A stretch of DNA of 64,000 nucleotides from Podarcis cretensis (taxonomy: Eukaryota), in contig OX638154.1 of the NCBI GenBank assembly GCA_951804945.1, positions 47,368,001 through 47,432,000 of the forward strand, read 5' to 3'. The translations under genes were made by a program, and so were the position numbers. Under the pieces are notes generated by a model that was not told the DNA's origin, made no database searches, and was given only the letters and a program-made list of their open reading frames with translations. Of this stretch, positions 13,301 through 25,099 are shown in pieces. Each line of letters begins with the position of its first letter. Within the stretch, counting starts at the first letter, position 1.

Positions 13301-13925
13301 CAGCAGAAGCTGAGCCAGCCATGCCGCTTCTCCCCACCGCTTGGCTAGTCATGTGCCTTCCTTGCAATGTTTCCATAGCTCATTGCTAGAGCATCTGCAA
13401 AAGATCCTAGGTTCAATCCCCTGACATCTCCCAGTATGGCAGGGAATTTTGAGTCTGAAATCCCAGAGAACCACTGACAGACAATGAAGACAATACTGAG
13501 TTAAGAGGACCACTCCTTTAACTCGGTACAAAGTAGTGCTGACTACTCCCCTCGTGGATCTTACCTCCCAGTGTTGCAAAGAAGCCCTCAATGGCACAGC
13601 CGATGGGACCAAATATGAAGTAGCCATTCCAGGCTGTGTAGAAAGTGACCGTGAAGCCAAAGCAGGCCATGAAGAGGTCTGCTACTGCCAGGTTAACCAG
13701 GATATAGTTGAGCGGCTGTCGTAGCTTCTTATGTTTGAAGGTCACAAGGAGGGTGAGGAGGTTGATGGGCAGCCCAGTGGAGATGAGGAAGAAGATGTAG
13801 CAGCACACCATTTTGTACTTCCAGGGCTCCGCTAGGTAATACTGGGGATATTCAAAGGGGCTCCGCACCAGCCCTGTCTTGTTGGAAAGAGGCACATAAA
13901 AATTGATACCTTCTGTTCCATTCAT
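1239..13925 (-). CDS. RH2: Green-sensitive rhodopsin-like cone opsin (RH2), spliced CDS join(13565..13925,7746..7914,3260..3425,1893..2132,1239..1370), 355 aa
   Basis: Exon lengths 361/169/166/240/132 = 1068 nt, open frame, all introns GT-AG. Protein runs [18 protein letters not shown]...QVSPA with C110/C187, E113, ERY 134-136, K296, NPIIY and CC322-323. Q122 and P189 are cone/RH2-type rather than RH1-type. Confidence 0.97.
1893..2132 (-). CDS. RH2: RH2 opsin exon 4 (contains retinal-binding K296)
   Basis: [21 protein letters not shown]...[20 protein letters not shown]; ccccag| acceptor, CAG|GTGAG donor; 240 nt. Confidence 0.97.
2638..2936. mobile_element. Non-autonomous DNA transposon (MITE), RH2 intron 3
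   Basis: Terminal inverted CACATTCACACCA / TGGTGTGAATGTG and internal inverted GAATTCTGGGAACTGTAG-type motifs. Confidence 0.6.
3260..3425 (-). CDS. RH2: RH2 opsin exon 3
   Basis: [19 protein letters not shown]...LICKVRE; acceptor cacag|, donor GAG|GTAG; 166 nt. Confidence 0.97.
4173..4403. mobile_element. Tc1/mariner (Tigger/pogo-like) MITE, RH2 intron 2
   Basis: TIRs CAGTGGTACCTC / GAGGTACCACTG; TA TSD on both sides; internal TAACCTGA repeats. Confidence 0.85.
7115..7320 (-). mobile_element. L2 LINE 3' end fragment
   Basis: Reverse complement of the 3' end seen at 33100-33290 and 60500-60700; (TAA)n tail. Confidence 0.7.
7746..7914 (-). CDS. RH2: RH2 opsin exon 2
   Basis: [16 protein letters not shown]...PPLFGWSR; acceptor ttgcag|, donor AG|GTAAG; 169 nt. 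Confidence 0.97.
11872..12028. mobile_element. hAT-like MITE
   Basis: TIRs TAGGGTTGCCATA / TATGGCAACCCTA. Confidence 0.65.
12935..13295. repeat. Unclassified interspersed repeat (copies also at ~20650-21000 and, inverted, ~34250-34650)
   Basis: Shared motifs GGAGAACTGCA-TGCAAAATT and AATTTCAAAGGAT(A/G)GCTGTGTTT in three places. Confidence 0.55.
13372..13535 (+). mobile_element. Old tRNA-derived SINE in RH2 intron 1 (related copies ~49420-49540 and ~52480-52650)
   Basis: A-box-like TAGCTCATTGCTAGAGC, B-box-like GGTTCAATCCC, and GACAATACTGAG core shared with the other copies. Confidence 0.55.
13565..13925 (-). CDS. RH2: RH2 opsin coding exon 1 (aa 1-120)
   Basis: ORF 13518..13925 [10 protein letters not shown]...FFATLG; donor G|GTAAG at 13564; 361 nt, as in visual opsins. 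Confidence 0.97.
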
Positions 13926-14138
13926 GATTCACTTATTTAATCAGCTGCTTCTTTTGGTTTTGCGGTTGTCTTTTTTGTTTTGTTTTTAAGTCAAATCGAT
14001 TTGGGGTTCCCGCCCCCCAACTTTGATTATTTTTCTACGAACTCTAAAAAAAATAGCAAATCCCCTAAGGGAATGCAGGGCTGGTGCGTCTGCCGTCATC
14101 TATGTCCTGGGGCTGGCGCAGCCAGGATCCAAAGGGGG

Positions 14139-14270
14139 TTTTTATACCCTCTGCCCAGTCCTGCTGGAGGGAGAGGAAGGAGCAGGGAGGGGAAGGGAGG
14201 ATTAGGGTCTAGGCTAACTTTATATGACAAGGGCAATGGGATTGAGAGGGGCTGATGCTTTAAGCACCCT
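14139..14270 (-). promoter_or_regulatory. RH2 proximal promoter: TATA box and CRX/OTX sites
   Basis: TATAAAAA at 14146->14139; perfect CTAATCC (GGATTAG on +) at 14199-14205, about 55 bp upstream; weaker TCAATCC near 14239-14245; typical cone-opsin promoter layout. Confidence 0.75.
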
Positions 14271-15230
14271 CTAAGCAGCTAGTTGGCCCCAAAACCTGCC
14301 CTAAGGCGTATTAGTTTCTACTAAGTGTTTAATATTATTTAAAGGGTTTGTTTTATTTAGAGATGAGGGGGGCAGCTAGACTGGCAGGTAGTTGTCATAG
14401 AAGAATGTTATATTTGTACCAAAATACAGAAAAGAAAAGAAAAAATACACCTGTATGAAAGGATATACAATTCCTTCCTTATGAAAATCAAACTGGTTGC
14501 AAACTTGCAAATCGAGAGAGAGAGAGAACTCTAGAGATAGTCAACAAGGTGCCTTCAGATGTTATTGGACTACCACTTTCATCATTCCCTCAACTTTGAC
14601 AGCTGAGGAACACAGAAGAGAACTTCTAATGTGGACCTCAAAGTTTAGACATGTTCATAACAAGACAGTGTTCTTAGAGTATCTTGATAGAGTATGCTAT
14701 CTAGAAACAAAACAGGTTCAAATAATGGCATCGCCTGAAAGAGAACCTTCTTGTTGGTGGTCCCCAGGCTGTGGAATGGCTTCTGCCCCGAGGTGTGTCT
14801 TGCACCACCAATATATACTTTTTGATGATGGGTCACAATGCACTTCTTTACCCAGGTCTTTGGTTGAGTGTATGTCTTCCCACATTTCTGTACACTGCTC
14901 TGCACCTCTGCTCTGTGTTGCTGTTTTGTTCTTCTGATATTGGCTGCTTTGTGGTTTTATTTTATGGTTTTTATTGTTCCTTGGACTAACTTCAATTGGG
15001 ATATTTTTGTAACCCACCCTGGTGCCATTTGGTGGAGGGAAAGCTAGAAGTATAAATAAATAAATTTGATAACACGGAGGGTGTGGTGGGAAGTGCTGAG
15101 GCTGCCAAATGGTTTTGAAACCCTGATTTAGGGCAAACATGGTAATTATTCTGTATCTTCAAAGGAATATATCTCTGGTAGAAAATCAGAAACCAGAATA
15201 TGTTGGTACACCAACCTTTTCTCACATACA

Positions 15231-15264
<34 letters not shown>

Positions 15265-15339
15265 TGGTTACATGTATCTCCCAACTTTCCTCCAATGAGT
15301 TCTGGGTGTCATACATGGTTCTTTGCATTCTGTCCTCCT

Positions 15340-15460
15340 AATGACACTGTGGTGTGGGTTAGTCTGAGAGTGAGAATGGCCTAAGGTCACTCAGTGAGTT
15401 TCACAGTCAAATGGGGATTTGAACCTGAATCTACCAGTCCAACACCCTATCCACCCTAGC
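15340..15460 (-). mobile_element. MIR/CORE-type SINE fragment
   Basis: GGCCTAAGGTCACTCAGTGAG...GGGATTTGAACC pattern typical of a reversed CORE-SINE. Confidence 0.5.
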
Positions 15461-16548
15461 TCTCCAGTTTTTGACTTTGTTTGTGCCAATACTTTGTGTT
15501 TATTTGTTCTTCACCTCTGTAGATGAGCTTTCCTCATGACCTACTTCAGCACTTCACAAAGTGTAGCTGGGAAGGGTCATCTATTTTCTTATTGGGGATC
15601 TTCTTTGCACTTTGTAATCTTACGCTTTGCCACTTAGTGTAATACCTTAGCCTAATTTAGCAGAAGTTGAATCTTAGATGGAAGACTATGGAAAGTATGT
15701 CAGAGATGGGCCGTGGTACAGGTGCTTGAAGCACAGGGACAGGCCATCTGCCATGCTGTAGCTGTTCAAAGGTGCAAAACTTCATTACATGGAATCTGAC
15801 ATTTCTGGTACTATATTAATCATTCGGTTTCACACTGTCCTCACCGGGATTGCACTGTTTTTTTTAAAAAAGGATAGCACTAGAATGTTAAGATTTCCTT
15901 TCCTTGGTCTAGTTCATTAATTTTTTCCTTTTCTTTTCTGTGAGCTCTGGGGTACCCAACCAAGCAGCCTATGGAGCTTTTCCAGAAAAGACCCTAAGCA
16001 CCAATCCCTGGAATCAGAAAACAGAAGCCCTACTCCAATCTCTCACACATGATGGCATTCTGGGGCACCCTTCACTGATTTACAGGTAGTATTTTTCCCC
16101 AATGCAGTCTCAGTCATACACTCTGAATGAAAGTAACAAGGAAGTTTGCTTTATGTCCCAACATAGAGGCAGGGCTCCATTTGGTATTCTGGCCATCTCT
16201 CTGGAAGCTTGAAGAAGGTCACTGGGTTCTTCCCCTGCCGCTCACCTTCCCTGCCCTGACAAAACTCCTCCTCAGGAAATGAGGTGCCAATCCATCACCA
16301 TGCAGCTTTGCAGGGATTGGAGGGTTTTAGAAGCTCTTTGGCTGTTGCTTCTAATATCCTCTTGACAGGTTGCCCTTAAATGTGCAAGAAGGAAAGTTAT
16401 CCAACGGCTATATGTGTGCCACACGTCCTCTTTTATCTGCCATAAGCATCTATGGAACATGCATCTAAGGAACTGGTGTCTGAGCAGTCCACACCTTTCA
16501 AGTTGATTACCTTCCCAATTATCCAGAAACCTGTGGCTCAACCTTTCC

Positions 16549-16913
16549 GTTTGTTGTTGTTTAGTTGTTTAGTCATGTCTGACTCTTCATGACCCCATGG
16601 ACCAGAGCACGCCAGGCACTCCTGTCTTCCACTGCCTCCCGCAGTTTGGTCAAACTCATGCTGGTAGCTTCGAGAACACTATCCAACCATCTTGTCCTCT
16701 GTTGTCCCCTTCTCCTTGTGCCCTCCATCTTTCCCAACATCAGGTTCTTTTCCAGGGAGTCTTCTCTTCTCATGAGGTGGCCAAAGTATTGGCATCTCAG
16801 CTTCAGGATCTGTCCTCCCAGTGAGCACTCAGGGCTGATTTCCTTAAGAATTGATAGGTTTGATCTTCTTGCAGTACATCACTACTGGGAAAACCATAGC
16901 TTTAACTATACGG
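16549..16913 (-). mobile_element. BovB (RTE) LINE 3' fragment
   Basis: ORF 16573..16773 MRREDSLEKNLMLGKMEGTRRRGQQRTRWLD...WRALVHGV is the BovB ORF C-terminus; (CAA)n-type tail; ACCTTTCC flanks both ends (16541-16548, 16914-16921). Confidence 0.88.
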
Positions 16914-17342
16914 ACCTTTCCATTAGATTGTGCCAGATTTCAAGAAAGCAGGAAACTTAACCCAAATAGTGGTGCAGATATACTATTCATTATTCAGATG
17001 GGCACTCACACCAATAGACTGGGGAGGGAGAGTAGCATCAAGAAGACACGAAACTCCCCAAAACAAGGGAAGGTTTTGAAATCGAGAAATTTATTGGGCA
17101 ATATAGTGGCCATGTGCGTCCTGGTGTTTCACCTTCTATGGGAGGGGGGGGAAGAAACATGTTTTCAAGTAACTACTGCAATAAATTGAACAGAATCTTT
17201 TTCCTTCCGGTGATTACCAAACATGGATACATCTTAGACATTCTGGGTTTCCCAATAAACCTCTTCATTTTAAGCATCATTTTGAAGTGTTGTGGAAGTG
17301 TCAGCTTCTATACTGAAAAAATTTGGTGGACTCCATAAAAAT

Positions 17343-17510
17343 TGAATCATAGAATCATAGAATCATAGAGTTGGAAGAGACCACAAGGGCCATTGAGTCC
17401 AACCCCCTGCCAAGCAGGAAACACCATCAGAGCACTCCTGACATATGGTTGTCAAGCCTCTGCTTAAAGACCTCCAAAGAAGGAGACTCCACCACACGCC
17501 TTGGCAGTTT
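17343..17510 (-). mobile_element. CR1 LINE 3' end
   Basis: (CATAGAAT)n tail followed by GAGTTGGAAGAGACC...AAAGACCTCCAAAGAAGGAGACTCCACCAC. Confidence 0.75.
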
Positions 17511-17843
17511 CAGTCTCTCCAAAACCTTGAAGCAAAATATGGGGCTATATCCATCTCTGCAGCTCCACTGGCACAACAGGCTTCTATGTGTGCAACTGAG
17601 AATCCTCTTCCTCTCCTGCCTCTTCTACTCACACCCAGGCACCCTCAAAACCAGTACTGGAGAGTTATGGAATACTTTAGAGCAGATTTTTGGGGATGAT
17701 AGGAAATGGAGGTCCCATTGCACCTGCAAAACTACACATAGAGAGCATTATATACAATCTAAAGAATCTATGGATTTAGTGGATTTAGCAATATATTTTG
17801 TCTATGATAGGCTCTGAAATTATCTTCACTAATATGTCTAGCA

Positions 17844-18241
17844 CAGGGGTGGCCAACTCTCCAAAGACTTCTTTCAGAATTAAAAACTGGCAGTGATCTA
17901 CCCGCATTTTTCGGGGATTCAGCTCAAAGTTGTTGAGCTTTTCTTAGTGAGGAGGAAAGCTTTGGAGGCTGGACTTCTGTTTTGGGGGGTTAAAGGTGAA
18001 GGACAAAAGTATCACTTACAAAAAGTCACTTACAAAAAGATAGCTATGGAAGAAGACAGCAGCGCAGAGAAAGCTCCGTCTTCCCTTCCAGAGATCAAAC
18101 AACAATGGAGAGCAGGGCAAGAGGGTGGGAAGGAGTCAGTTTTAGCAGCACTAAGGAAAGGGAGCCAGAGATTGACCACGATCTACCAAAACCTCGCAGG
18201 GATCTACTAGTAGATCGCGATCGACCTGTTGGACATCCGTG
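17844..18241. mobile_element. hAT (Charlie-type) MITE
   Basis: CAGGGGTGGCCAAC ... GTTGGACATCCGTG termini; perfect 8-bp TSD GTCTAGCA (17836-17843, 18242-18249). Confidence 0.85.
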
Positions 18242-19201
18242 GTCTAGCACATTCAGGGATTGATGACATCCATGGCTTCTCACAGTGAATGAGGCCTGGT
18301 GTTGGCTGGGTGACCAGGCTGTGTGCATGGATAAAAGAAGGCAATGCCCTCATCCCATTAATATTAGGTACCAATATACCTAAAGTATGGATCTGCAATC
18401 CAATAGAAATCGTCAGGTTCCAAATGCAGTTCTTTAATGAGTCCACCACATCCAGGCCCACCTTTGGCAGGCACAAAATCTTAATTGACTGGGCTGGAAT
18501 GCCTCTGCCTGTTTCACAACCCAGATTTTTAAACCGTAATGTTCTTTTTACAATTTCTTTTCCCAGGGTACTGAAAGATATGAGAGGAAAGGAAAAACAT
18601 GAGATGCTCTATAAAATTCCTAAGTATGTGTTGCAAAGTTAGGATTCCCTAAGTCTCAGGGGCTTCATTTCTACTTGCTACTTCAGTCTACCCCATAAAA
18701 GCCTGGTAAATTCACATCTGTGCAATTGAAAAGAAATAAACAGATGTAATTAACCCCAGCGAGCCTTTCCTGGCTCTCTAATTCAGTTTCAGGATTTCAG
18801 CCACAAACTGATCACAGTTTAACTCAGAAAAATGGTAGTAGAGAAGCTCGCTTTTTATGTTCTTATGTATCCGTTCTGCGTTTCTCATCAGGAAGGATCT
18901 GTCATGGGACTTCATGCCACCAGCTTTTTATAGAAATCCAATTTAGTCTCATAATTTGTCAATGTGGGCTGTCACTGATATATGACATCAGACAGTCACA
19001 GCCCCCTGCAGATGACTTGCTAATATTCACAGCAGACTGAAAAGCTGAGCCCCAATAAAATAGCTTTAAAAAGAACTCATCATATGAATGTTTGCCCAAG
19101 TCCTGTGGCTTCATGCTGCTACTACTGTGTGCATATGAAGCCACAGACAGAGATCCTCAGTGTTAGATTGTCCTGCAATGGCTCCAGCCAGCTAAAAATG
19201 T

Positions 19202-19515
19202 GTACCCATCAAATGTCCTGGAAAAACCAAGACATCTCAATTTTTTCTCACAACAGCACAGTGGCCATTTTGGGTGTTGTGATCTCATGTGAGTCCCCCC
19301 CCCCCAAAAAAAAGTGGTTTTCTTGTGATCTCATGTGGCACACCAAAACACGTCTTTTAGGGCACTGTGCTCCCAAAAAAACCCGCTTTTTCGGGGGTGG
19401 CCCAAAATTGTGTGAGATCATGGCGCCCAAAATGGTTGCCATGCTCTCATGAGGAAAAAATGGCATCCCAGAAGATGGAATCCTGGTTTCTGCCTTTGAC
19501 ATGTGGGAGGGTATG
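19202..19515. mobile_element. Degenerate MITE
   Basis: Imperfect TIRs TACCCATCAAATGTC / GACATGTGGGAGGGTA; internal inverted segments. Confidence 0.5.
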
Positions 19516-20055
19516 AAAAAGTAGAAGGGTTGCAGTTCTTACTCTGGTGAGTGCTTAAAATACTGCAAGATGCAGCAAAATAACAAATGTTCCGACGAAC
19601 GATCTCATTTCCTCACTGAAATATGTATTTCTGGTGGAACGTGGCAGGGGGCACTGCATTGCTGACTTGGCTTTCCAGTGATCTGTATCACTGCTATTTG
19701 CCAACAGGAGGAGCGGGCAAAGCAGCAGGGAGCTTGGTGTGGTGCAGGTATAGAAGCAGAGCCATTTTGATACTTGTAGCGCTGCCCCAAAACCACACTG
19801 AGCTTCTGGCTGCCTTGCCAGTTTCCCTCTTAGTAACCTGTGGCAACATGTGGCATTGGGAAGCCAGATGAACAATGTAGCCCTGCCTGTGCTGCCCCAC
19901 CAGCTGTTACTGATTGTGCCCCAATCTTTAAGACCCAAGGCACACCACTGTTTTAGAGTCTGGTGGGTGAAAGGAACAATTCTAACCCCCTGCCAAGTGA
20001 GGCATAACAGGAAGGGAAGGGGTGCCAGTACATCGAAAGCCCTGCCAGGTGTAAT

Positions 20056-20596
20056 CAAGGCCGTCTTTAGCATATGCAGTGCCGGGGTGCAAAAAACTGC
20101 CCAACGCCCCCAGTTTGGGGGAGGAGCCCAAAGTTGTTGAGCTTTTTGGGGGGGACGCGCAACTCTCTCCCATGCCACTGCGGGTGGAGGGGGAGAGCAA
20201 TCCCTGCAGAAGCTTGGGAGGGAAGCTGTGCACCTGCCAGCCATATGGGTGGCCAGCGCACAATGCCACTGCAGGAGGAGAACAATTCCCGCAGAGGTTT
20301 GGGAGGGAAGCTGCACGCCTTGTGTGAGCACCATGTGTGCACTGGGCGTGCCTCTCAAAGGCCCACCAATCCCAGGCACACAGGAGGGTGGATCCAGCTG
20401 GCTGCCTCAGCGCCCGCAGCCAAAATGCCTGCAGTGCTCCGACGGGCTCTGCTCCGCTCAGCAGCGGCTGTCGGCTGGCCTGGCTTTTCAAATCCCCAGA
20501 CTCCAAATCTTGGCCCTGGACTCTCGTCCTGGCGCCCCTGAGAGCCCGGCTCCCGGGTGCCCCACACTCCTAACGCCTATGGGTAAGCCAGCCCTG
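20056..20596. mobile_element. GC-rich hAT MITE
   Basis: TIRs CAAGGCCGTCTTTA / TAAGCCAGCCCTG; 8-bp TSD GGTGTAAT/TGTGTAAT. Confidence 0.75.
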
Positions 20597-22208
20597 TGTG
20601 TAATGGCTCGGGTGGAAGATGGGGGAGAAGGACCCAAATTGCTACACAGGGCTGGGCAAATCTGTCCATTCTGATTTCTCCTAGTTTCTAGTTTTCCCAG
20701 CCTTACATTCAGTTCCTCACCTTTTCGCATCTGTTTGCAAATTGTTTTTTAAAAGTCCTCCGTAAAATTCACCAGCATTTTACTGCAAATTTCATTTTCA
20801 CATGCAATTTTTTTTCTAACATAGCACATTTTTAATGTTTTCATTAATATATTCATTTGAATTCACATTTGAATGTATGCGTTTTTGTATACATTACTTA
20901 GCTGGAGAATGGCATTGCAAAATTTGGAGATGTGTGAAATTCAAAGGATGGCTGTGTTTTAGTCCTCATGTTGTTTCAGGAAGTGTGAATGAGGCAGGTT
21001 GACCTTTGAATGAGGCAGGTTGACCTTTCTAGCTTTACTGAATGTTGGAGTAGCAAGCAATATTTTCCTACTCCTTGGCTCAGGCTTGGAGTATTTCCTC
21101 AGGGACTTCTCTGCCCTTCTGCTCCTAAGCGATGGCCAGCTGTCCCCCACTTAGACTCTTGTTCTCCTAACTGGACTTCTCTCCAGGTTTTCTGCTTCCA
21201 GTCCAACTTTGGGTTCTCAGTTTTGCTTCAAAGGTCCATTAAGGATGTCTGTGTTTCACTTTGCACATTGTTTTGGAAAGATTAAATAGGCTTACATTTC
21301 AGTGTGGACCAAATCTAATTTCTCCTCCAGCAACTCCAGCCTGCCCTGATGTCTCCCTGCCATTTTCAATGGAAGGGGCAGTCCTGTTTCCCTCTGTAGG
21401 CAGCATCCAATGGGAGACTGATGGAGGCTGATAGGGCTGAGTAGAGTGACACCTCTACCCAGTCCAACACACACACACCCAGACAACCTAGTGCAGAGGG
21501 ACTTCAGCTTACTCTGTAAGTCATTTTCATGATGCTGTTTATTATGCAATTTATGGGAATTTTGCTAATGCTTCTCTTTTGTGTATATTTTTAATATGAC
21601 TTTCATTTTGCAAACTCCCCAAGACATATAACTGAGTAAGCTGATCAATAAATTAATGTACCAGCCCTAATATGCATACACAATCCACAGAAAGCAACTG
21701 GGCTTGTAATGCAATCCTATGAATCAGTTGGGTTCAATGAGGCTTATTTCCAGGTATGTGTACATACAGTAGGGTTGTAGCCTTAAAGACATACAGCTGT
21801 GTTGGATCTGTCAGCTGTAGGGTGACAAAAGAAAGTTGGCAATACTTTCTCTCAAACAAACATAGCCCATGCCTGCAGCAGTTCCTGCAGTAAATTGAAC
21901 TCCAAGGGTTCTAAGGAAGTATGAATCCCGTTATCAGGACTTGCCTTATTGCTACTGTGCAAATACAGTGAGATGTCCCAGTCCTATGCAATTTTAGTTT
22001 TCAAGCCTGCAAATAATTTCTCGAAGCAAAAGATAAACATAGTTGGGGGTTTTTACTTCTAAGATGTGCTGAGCAAATGTGGACTCATAGAGTAGGTGAT
22101 CTGCTTTAGAGAAGAGAGGGAAAATATGCCTGGCAGAGATTTTCCCACATACAGTTTTTTAATGGTGTTTTAGCCAGCCCTTTGAGAGCCAAAATATGAG
22201 GAATGAAC

Positions 22209-22211
<3 letters not shown>

Positions 22212-22253
<42 letters not shown>
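22212..22253. repeat. (AC)n microsatellite
   Basis: Direct reading. Confidence 0.95.
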
Positions 22254-22256
<3 letters not shown>

Positions 22257-24419
22257 TCCATTTAAGAGACACAACAGTCATCATTCCTTATGGCCCGGGA
22301 AATCTGAGCGGTTACATCTCAAGGTTTAACCATATCTTTTCACTACTTTAAGGTATATAAAGTTAGTATCATGTGCAAACTGCTTCAGAGGAATGGCCTG
22401 CAACATGGAACAGCCTCTCTACAAATGTGAAGCCATTTTGTCCCAGAAACTTGAAGCCATCACCCTACGACATTTCACAGTTGTAAACAGTAACAGGCAT
22501 GCAACACGTCAGTTGTCCATTTGAAGGATGACTCCCATAGCCCCACCTCCTCCATTATGACACCTCACTGAAGGCTCTTAATGACCTGCTGTGGGTGATC
22601 TTTTCCGTTACTTTGCAGCAACCTGCCCAGCTGATTAAAAACCAAGCGTGTGTTTGCTCCTTAGGCTACAGATATACTATAAAACATAATTGTCCTAAAA
22701 TAGGTTAATTTATATGTATTACATATGTCTCAGCAGCAGCTACAGTGTGTAATATGGTAGGCTGTGCATCACAAGTAGCTTATCACTCATGTACATGGAT
22801 TTATAGGCACATGCTTAGGGTGGACAGATACAAAAGAGGACCATTGTGTAGATGAAGGGGCTGTCATGCAAACTCCACCTGCTGAAACGCCCCTCTTCTA
22901 CACAGCTATGAAAAGTTCAGGAGGAGCCCTGTACCTCCTGAACTATATGCGTGCACACTATATGCGTGCAAGACAAGTTGTGACCACTCACCGTTCACCA
23001 GATACAGAGTGCAATCCCATCTATATCCATGTCTACTGGGACTTATTCCTAGGTAAATAAGAATAGTATTGTGCTCTTCGGCTGAATTTCTATAGACAGT
23101 TACTGGGAGTAAGCCTCATGGAACTTAATGAGATTTGCTTCTGAGCAGGATTAAGAGAGCACTGTTAACTTCTAGAAACTCTGGGGAAGGAGATCAACCA
23201 CAAAGAAGATGTTCCTAGTAAAAAGGGACATTTGGAAAGCCTAGGAACCATTTCAGGGATGTGGAACTTGTGGCCCACTCATCACCCTGATCATTGGCCA
23301 TGCTGCCTGGGGCTCAACCCTAACTTGCATGGAACTTCAAACCATGGATAGATAAAAGAACAAGGATAATAAGTAACTCCAAACCAAAACCCTCCAAATC
23401 GTCTACTGCTTGCCTTCTCACAGCCTGTTTTCTTTAATTGGAGGCCTTCCTGAAATGAGCAAAGGATCCAAACCTTGTAAGGAGAGCTCTCTGTCTAATT
23501 TATGGCATTTGCCGGGTTTCATTGCCCTAATCCAATTCTGTAATCTCTCATTCCTTTTCCCCTCCCCTCTGCCAGGATGAGAGAGATGGAAAAAGTCAAC
23601 GTCATGTAGATGAAGGAACTGGATTGTCCCCAAAGCTCTGTGAGCACTGAGCAAAGGTGGGGGGAGGTTTTGTAGCAGAGGCTTCCAGGAAAGAACAGAA
23701 GGCCAGAGAGCAGGAACAATATCAGCATCACCTGCATGTTCTGATCCTTTAGCCGTGGTTTTAAAAGGACAGAGAACTAGAACACCTCTGATAAAGCACA
23801 GAACGATCAGGCCATGGCGCTCAAGCATCAGGCTGCACCTGGTGATCTATGGGCACCACATGGGAAGGTTCTGCTTCTTGGGTTGGCATTACAATGTGAG
23901 GATTGCATTGCTCGTAATTCAGAGGTTTCATGAGTAACTACCATGCTAAGAGCCATTAACTGAATCATGCCCCATTGATTTGTCTAATCCTTCAAAAAAA
24001 TCATCTAAAACTACTGGCCATCATCTGGTGGCAATTGAATCCATATGTTAATTATGTATTATGTGAAGAAACATTTCCTTTTGCTTATCCTGAACCAACT
24101 GTCAATCAATTTCATTTCATTAGATGGTCCCAAGTGCTTCTTTGCTAGCAACAGTGTGGGCTGCCTCCAAGGCAAATATTTATTTCAAAGGAAAATGCCA
24201 CTTCTACTTTGTATGTTCACATTTTCAGCAGGGAAATCCAAATCAAAACATCAAAATGTTATCCTTAACTAACCACAGAATCCATGATCATCTCATCCTC
24301 TCTCTATGTGAGTTAGTGTTTGACTCACAGTTATGCAATTCTGAATTTTTAGGATCCACTGATCAAATACCGGTAATTCTTTGGAATCCATGTCATACCT
24401 AAATGGATATTCCGTTGGA

Positions 24420-24447
24420 CAGATGATAGATAGATAGATAGATAGAT

Positions 24448-24485
<38 letters not shown>

Positions 24486-24492
24486 CAGATAG
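24420..24492. repeat. (GATA)n microsatellite
   Basis: Direct reading. Confidence 0.95.
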
Positions 24493-25099
24493 ATCTCTTC
24501 TTTGCTAATACAGATATGTCAGATTTCTTATTTGGCTCTGTGCTTCTTCCACTGTGTCTGCTAGATATTGCATTCCAGTGTCTTTCTATGTGCCCGATCT
24601 TCACTGAAGAATAATAGATAGATGCTGAAGTCCTTACTTGACATGGATTTAGAGTTAGCATCAGGTCAGCAATAGGCAGTCAACAGCTGAAGACCTCAGC
24701 TAAACTCAGGGGAGGAAAATGATACAGGTCAATTGACTGGCTTTCCAGTGCATATTTGGACATGAACTAGGTTCTCCCCAACTTTCTCTTCACTAGTAAT
24801 AGAGTTGGGAAGTGATATATTTAATCCAAAGCTCGTTAGGGTATATCCAGATGCCTGAAACTGCTGCCTCCCCACTCAAACCCTGTACACCTCTTTGCCT
24901 ATAAAAGGGAGAGAACTACAAACACTTTGAAAAACTGCATGTTGAAGGTTCTTATTAAAACATTCATTTATTTATTTTTAAAACTGGTTGTAAACTGCCT
25001 CGAGTACAAACCAGTACAGTATCATTAACAATGGACCATTCAATAGCCTGCTGCAAGAGATTTTGAGAAGCACTTTGAGGACAAAATTGCTTGGAACTG

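Noticed and set aside
1239-13925. Calling the opsin rod rhodopsin (RH1/RHO)
   Set aside because: Q122, P189, the 355-aa length with a [14 protein letters not shown] tail, and adjacency to MLN all indicate RH2
15146-15384. Poly-Q / poly-A ORFs
   Set aside because: Translation of a (GCT)n microsatellite; no other coding signal
19555-20674. Longest ORF (274 aa) and overlapping ORFs in several frames on both strands
   Set aside because: They largely overlap a GC-rich hAT MITE (20056-20596) that is poor in stop codons; no recognisable domain
23519-23737. ORF with a signal-peptide-like start (MQVMLILFLLSGLLFFPGSLC)
   Set aside because: The hydrophobicity follows from a pyrimidine-rich tract; no recognisable mature peptide or consistent exon chain. 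A homology or RNA-seq search could revisit it.
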